DNA of 64,000 nucleotides from Clostridia bacterium (GTDB lineage Bacteria; Bacillota; Clostridia; UMGS1883): NCBI GenBank assembly GCA_030527235.1, contig JAUNBL010000001.1, positions 76,911 to 140,910 of the forward strand, read 5' to 3'. Shown piece by piece: positions 59,639 to 64,000 of this stretch (position 1 is its first letter; each line of letters starts with the position of its first letter). The notes under the pieces were generated by a model. It saw only the letters and a program-made list of their open reading frames with translations, ran no database searches and was not told where the DNA came from. The position numbers and the translations under genes were made by a program.

Positions 59639-61291
59639 CTATATTGTTATTGGCTTATGCTTGTCCTTGTACATCTCCTCATCCGCACGGCGAAAAATAT
59701 CGGCCACTGATGTATCCCCTTTCTCAAAACTCGCAAAGCCGCAGGCGATGCCGTCGGTAACGGGAGTGTTTTTAGGCGCGTTCTTTATTTCCGCTGCGAG
59801 CGCCTTGTAGTAGTCGCTGCAAGAAATGGGTTCTCCCAGCAGGAGTACGACAAATTCGTCTCCGCCTATGCGGTATACCGTGTGACCGGCAAAGACCGCA
59901 CGGATTATTTTTGCGCAGTCTTTCAAAAGTACGTCACCCGCCTCATGACCAAAATGGTCATTTGTGCGCTTGAGTCCGTTTATGTCTAAAACGGCAACAG
60001 TTAGCCTCCGTAAATCTTCCGGCTTTCTCTCAATAGCCGCCGCAATTTGATTGTACGCGGCTTTATTGGATAATCCGGTAAGAGCATCGGAATATGCCAT
60101 CTCGCGCAAAATAGAGGCTCTGGTGTTCTCCGCTATGATACGCTTAAAACTGACGATTAGGCGAATGAGAAGTATGAAAATGAAAACGATGATAAAGGCT
60201 CGGACATATCTGATTTCGGACGCGAGATGAAACAGTATTGACAGCGCATCAAGCATACCGCCGGCGAGGGGGATTAACATTGAAAAGAAAAGGAATTTGG
60301 CTCCGGGTTTTTTGAGGACAAACGCCTCATATACCGTGATAAACAGAATTGTCAGTCCCGTTATCAAAAGCATGATGAAAAAAACTGGAACAGTGCCGTA
60401 AAAATCAACCACACCAGAGAGCTGAAGCGCCAGCGCAGTTAAAATATAAACACAGTCGAGCGCGGCCACACCGTAGGCAAACTTTGAAAACTGAGCCTTT
60501 ACAGAGGTGACTACATATAGCAGAGTAAGCGGCAGCAAAAACGACAAAAGCGTCATGTCAAGAATATTGTTGGAGACGGGCAGCGGAAACAGAAAACTCA
60601 TATAATTAAAATCGATTAAAAACCACCCGCCAAAGTAAATGAACATAAGCGAAAGATATATGCCCGACAGGAAGCGTGTTTTCATAATCCAAAGTAAAAC
60701 TGTCGTAATGAGCATGAAAAGCCCTGTCAGAAGAACGGTTATAGAAATAATTATCGAAACGGTATGCTCGTTGAGTATTTTTGTAATGAGCTGCTGTGTG
60801 CTGCCGAAATGCAGTGTTGATAAAAAGGAATCAAAAGCGCTGGAGCGAAAAGAATAAATATTTTCAATACGCACAGTAACGGTATCTGTCGCAGAAATCC
60901 CGCCGGAAACAAACCCGTCCCAGTAGTTCCCGCCGGAGCTGCTGAACGGAGGTGAGGGCACAGAGGCGTATACTTCTTCATCGTTTACGCAAATTGTAAT
61001 ATTTGCGTTGTCAACACGAAAAACCACATGCATTCCGGAGGGGATATCCTGTGTGAAATTCCCGTTTATCACCATAACCGGTTCGGTTGATATAATTTGC
61101 GAGCCGCTTGTAAGAGCAAAAGTTTCGTTTTCATTGTTCATACGATATGTTCCGACAACGGCAACATGCTCCAGAGCGTCAAACGAATGTGAAAGCGGCG
61201 CCTCGGAGGTGTATGACACGCAAAGAAATACGGCGGAAGCAATTACAGAAACCGTAAGAAGAGCTCCTATAATTTTATCGGAAATAGACAT
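59639..61291 (-). CDS. Membrane-bound diguanylate cyclase (extracellular domain, ~7 TM, GGDEF)
   Basis: DALTGL.N, DINGLK..ND.FGH..GD, YRIGGDEF, RADEEMY; no RxxD I-site before GGDEF. Confidence 0.92.
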   Translation of the reverse strand: MSISDKIIGALLTVSVIASAVFLCVSYTSEAPLSHSFDALEHVAVVGTYRMNNENETFALTSGSQIISTEPVMVINGNFTQDIPSGMHVVFRVDNANITICVNDEEVYASVPSPPFSSSGGNYWDGFVSGGISATDTVTVRIENIYSFRSSAFDSFLSTLHFGSTQQLITKILNEHTVSIIISITVLLTGLFMLITTVLLWIMKTRFLSGIYLSLMFIYFGGWFLIDFNYMSFLFPLPVSNNILDMTLLSFLLPLTLLYVVTSVKAQFSKFAYGVAALDCVYILTALALQLSGVVDFYGTVPVFFIMLLITGLTILFITVYEAFVLKKPGAKFLFFSMLIPLAGGMLDALSILFHLASEIRYVRAFIIVFIFILLIRLIVSFKRIIAENTRASILREMAYSDALTGLSNKAAYNQIAAAIERKPEDLRRLTVAVLDINGLKRTNDHFGHEAGDVLLKDCAKIIRAVFAGHTVYRIGGDEFVVLLLGEPISCSDYYKALAAEIKNAPKNTPVTDGIACGFASFEKGDTSVADIFRRADEEMYKDKHKPITI

Positions 61292-61317
61292 GGCGAATCA
61301 CCTCGTTGTCAAAAAAC

Positions 61318-63096
61318 CTATTGCGACAATTCGTATTGTGCCGTATAGAGCTTAAAATAATGACCTTTTGGTGACATAAGCTCCTCATGTGAACCATCTT
61401 CAAGAATTTTCCTGTCGCTTACATACATTATTCGGTCGGCATTCTTAATTGTTGAAAGACGATGAGCTATAATAAAGCTTGTGCGGCCGACAAGTAGCCG
61501 TGCGAGCCCTTCTTGCAGTGCGCGCTCTGTGCAAGTGTCAATAGAGGCGGTTGCCTCATCAAGAATAAGTATTTTAGGGTTTGCCAAAAGAGCGCGTGCA
61601 AAGCTTATAAGCTGGCGCTGACCTACGCTCAGGCGCGTACCGCGCTCGTTAACTTCTGTCATATACGAATCCGGCAAAGTTGATATAAAGTCATGCGCGC
61701 AAACAGCCTTTGCCGCAGCTATACACTCATCATCCGATGCATCTGGGCGTCCATACCGTATATTCTCCATAACCGTACCGGAAAAGATAAAGGTGTCTTG
61801 CAGCATAACGCCCATCTGCGAGCGGAGTGAGTGCAAAGTCACAGCGGAGATGTCAATATCGTCTATCAGAATCTGTCCTTCCAAAATGTTGTAAAAACGC
61901 GAAAGAAGGTTGATTATCGTAGTCTTGCCGGCGCCAGTGGGGCCTACAAGGGCGACGGTTTTGCCGCAGTCAACATGGAAGGATACGTTTTCCAGGACAT
62001 TTTCGCCTTCCTCATATGCAAACGTAACATTCTTGAAGTCCACACTGCCATTAAGAGGAGGCATTATAACCGCATCTTCACGGTCAAACACGGTAATGGG
62101 CGTGTCAAGCGTTTCAAATATGCGCTCTACATACGCTGCCGCCGTCATGAGTGAATTGTAAAAGTTGCAGAGGTTCAAAACCGGCGTCCAGAACATACTC
62201 ACGTATCCGGCAAAAGCTACAATAGTACCTACCGACATGCTTTTTTGCGCCATGAGCGCCGCTCCTGCCAGGAAAACCGCTGCCGTGGAGATAGTGGAAA
62301 TAGTCTCGACCATCGGCCAGTTGCATATATCTATGATTTTTGCCGCCATAAAAGACTTACGTACGTTTTCGCACTGAGCGGCGAAAATTTTTTGGTTTTC
62401 TTTCTCCCTGGCAAAGGACTGCGTCACCTTTATCCCGCAAATGCTTTCATGGATATACGCGTTAAGATTTGACTGCTTTGCGCTGTATAGCTGCCAAACG
62501 CGGCGCTGCTTATCTTTGAAGAAAAACAGTATTACCCCAAAAACAGCGACTCCGCACAGGCAAAGCAGTGTCAGCTCGATGCTGAGCGTGAACATAAAGA
62601 CAAGAATAACCAGTACCGTAAAGGAGTCAGTGATAAGGTTGATAAGCCCTGTTGAAAGCAGATTAGAAAGTGCGTTTACGTAGTTTATAACGCGTACGAG
62701 AATTTTTCCGTGCGGGCGCGAGTCATAGTACGAAAACGGCAGCAGCTGCAAGTGTGCGAACAAGTCCTCGCGCAAAGAAGCTATAATCCCGTTTCCGGCA
62801 ATGCTCATGGCGCGGATGCGGAACTTGACGATAATGGCGTTCAAAACGTATATCGCCAAAAGCAATCCACCCAAAACGACAAGCCGCAAAAGTTCTTTGT
62901 TTGGAATGCACTCGTCTATCGCAGCGCGTGTGATGTAAGGCGAGAGCATATTAAGCATACTTGTAAGAAGCATAAGCGACAGAGTTATGAGCATAATTTT
63001 TCTGTAAGGAAGTACATACTTTGACAGCCGCTTTATCTGAGAAAAGCTAAAGCGTCCTTCCAGCGCCTCGTCAACGTCAAACTTATTTCGTGCCAA
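61318..63096 (-). CDS. ABC exporter permease/ATPase half transporter (start revised to TTG 63096, MARNKFD)
   Basis: TM domain; GPTGAGKT, LSVGQRQ, ILDEAT, IAHRLST. Confidence 0.93.
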   Translation of the reverse strand: MARNKFDVDEALEGRFSFSQIKRLSKYVLPYRKIMLITLSLMLLTSMLNMLSPYITRAAIDECIPNKELLRLVVLGGLLLAIYVLNAIIVKFRIRAMSIAGNGIIASLREDLFAHLQLLPFSYYDSRPHGKILVRVINYVNALSNLLSTGLINLITDSFTVLVILVFMFTLSIELTLLCLCGVAVFGVILFFFKDKQRRVWQLYSAKQSNLNAYIHESICGIKVTQSFAREKENQKIFAAQCENVRKSFMAAKIIDICNWPMVETISTISTAAVFLAGAALMAQKSMSVGTIVAFAGYVSMFWTPVLNLCNFYNSLMTAAAYVERIFETLDTPITVFDREDAVIMPPLNGSVDFKNVTFAYEEGENVLENVSFHVDCGKTVALVGPTGAGKTTIINLLSRFYNILEGQILIDDIDISAVTLHSLRSQMGVMLQDTFIFSGTVMENIRYGRPDASDDECIAAAKAVCAHDFISTLPDSYMTEVNERGTRLSVGQRQLISFARALLANPKILILDEATASIDTCTERALQEGLARLLVGRTSFIIAHRLSTIKNADRIMYVSDRKILEDGSHEELMSPKGHYFKLYTAQYELSQ

Positions 63097-64000
63097 CGCG
63101 CTCACCTTCCTTTCTGTCAAAGGAGCCGTACTGGTTCTCAAAGACCTCGCGATAAAGCCCGTCTTCTGAAAGCAGCTCGCTATGTGTACCACGCTGGACA
63201 ATTCGCCCGGCGTCCAAGACAAGAATCAAATCCGCGTCCTTAACGGCACTTATGCGATGGGCAATTATAAAAGTAGTGCGGTCTTTTGAAAAATGGCGCA
63301 GTGTTTGCTGTATGTAGTGCTCGGTTTCTATATCCACGCTTGAAGTGGTATCGTCCAAAATCAAAATGGACGGAGTATGGAGCAATGCCCGCGCAAGTGC
63401 GATGCGCTGCTTTTGCCCTCCCGAGAGGCCTACGCCGCGCTCGCCTATGATGGTGTCATAGCCCTGAGGCATCTGTTTAATGAACTCGTCGGCATCTGCG
63501 GCTACGGCCGCGCGGCGGACGGAATCCATGTCGGCGTCCGGCGCGCCATACGCAATGTTGCCCTCAATGGTATCTGAAAACAAGAAAATATCCTGCATCG
63601 CAATGGAAATGTTTTGGCGCAGTCTGCGCAGGTTGTAATCCCGTATATCCACATTGTCAATCAGCACGCTGCCCTCTGTCGCATCGTAAAAGCGGCATAT
63701 CAGGTTGACCAGCGAACTCTTTCCGCTTCCGGTCGCGCCTAAAATCGCCACGGTCTTGCCTACGGGCGCGACAAAGGAAATATCGCTGAGAACTGCTTTA
63801 TCACCATAAGAGAAGGATACGGAACGAAATTCCACCTTACCTTCTATATGCTCCTTGCACAGCGAGCCTTCTTTAGTATAAATGTGCGGCCGCTCGTTCA
63901 TGAATTCACTTACCTTTGACGCGCACGCCATTGTGTTTTGGGTATCGTTGATAAGCCAGCCCACATTGCGCATGGGAGAGTTTAACGCCCACGACATAGT
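63083..64000 (-). CDS. ABC exporter permease/ATPase half transporter (3' part; begins beyond window)
   Basis: GATGSGKS, LSGGQKQR, degenerate Walker B ILDDTT; heterodimer partner of the downstream gene. Confidence 0.92.
   Translation of the reverse strand, partial: TMSWALNSPMRNVGWLINDTQNTMACASKVSEFMNERPHIYTKEGSLCKEHIEGKVEFRSVSFSYGDKAVLSDISFVAPVGKTVAILGATGSGKSSLVNLICRFYDATEGSVLIDNVDIRDYNLRRLRQNISIAMQDIFLFSDTIEGNIAYGAPDADMDSVRRAAVAADADEFIKQMPQGYDTIIGERGVGLSGGQKQRIALARALLHTPSILILDDTTSSVDIETEHYIQQTLRHFSKDRTTFIIAHRISAVKDADLILVLDAGRIVQRGTHSELLSEDGLYREVFENQYGSFDRKEGERVGTK

Overview
The window comes from a Clostridia-type (Bacillota) chromosome and has two halves. Positions 1 to ~30,920 are the left part of a minus-strand integrative conjugative element (ICE). 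It carries repA (RepA_N, with internal 23-bp iterons), parA, parB and several small genes. It also carries a 2,875-aa ArdC-like/MutS-I/adenine methyltransferase/SNF2 helicase with an intact tnpV-family gene nested in another frame, an HTH plus CtkA/HipA-like kinase pair, oriT-mobC-relaxase, pcfB-like, an ~1,822-aa SLH surface protein split by an intact group II intron, and the 5' part of virD4. The ICE end abuts the 3' remnant of a tyrosine integrase at its HxxR catalytic motif. That remnant lies next to the 3' end of guaA, so the ICE appears to have inserted into the integrase of an older guaA-integrated element. Positions ~31,185-64,000 are host genes: guaA, an agmatine deiminase operon, a GH2 glycosidase, uvrC, an RluA synthase, the S10-spc-alpha ribosomal superoperon, a HAD hydrolase, a GGDEF protein and an ABC exporter pair. 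The main leads are a shared basic C-terminal tail ending in Arg on ten ICE proteins (present on the kinase, absent from its putative antitoxin), the nested tnpV gene, the integrase-targeted insertion and the intron-split surface protein. Family assignments come from motif recognition by eye; no database searches were run.
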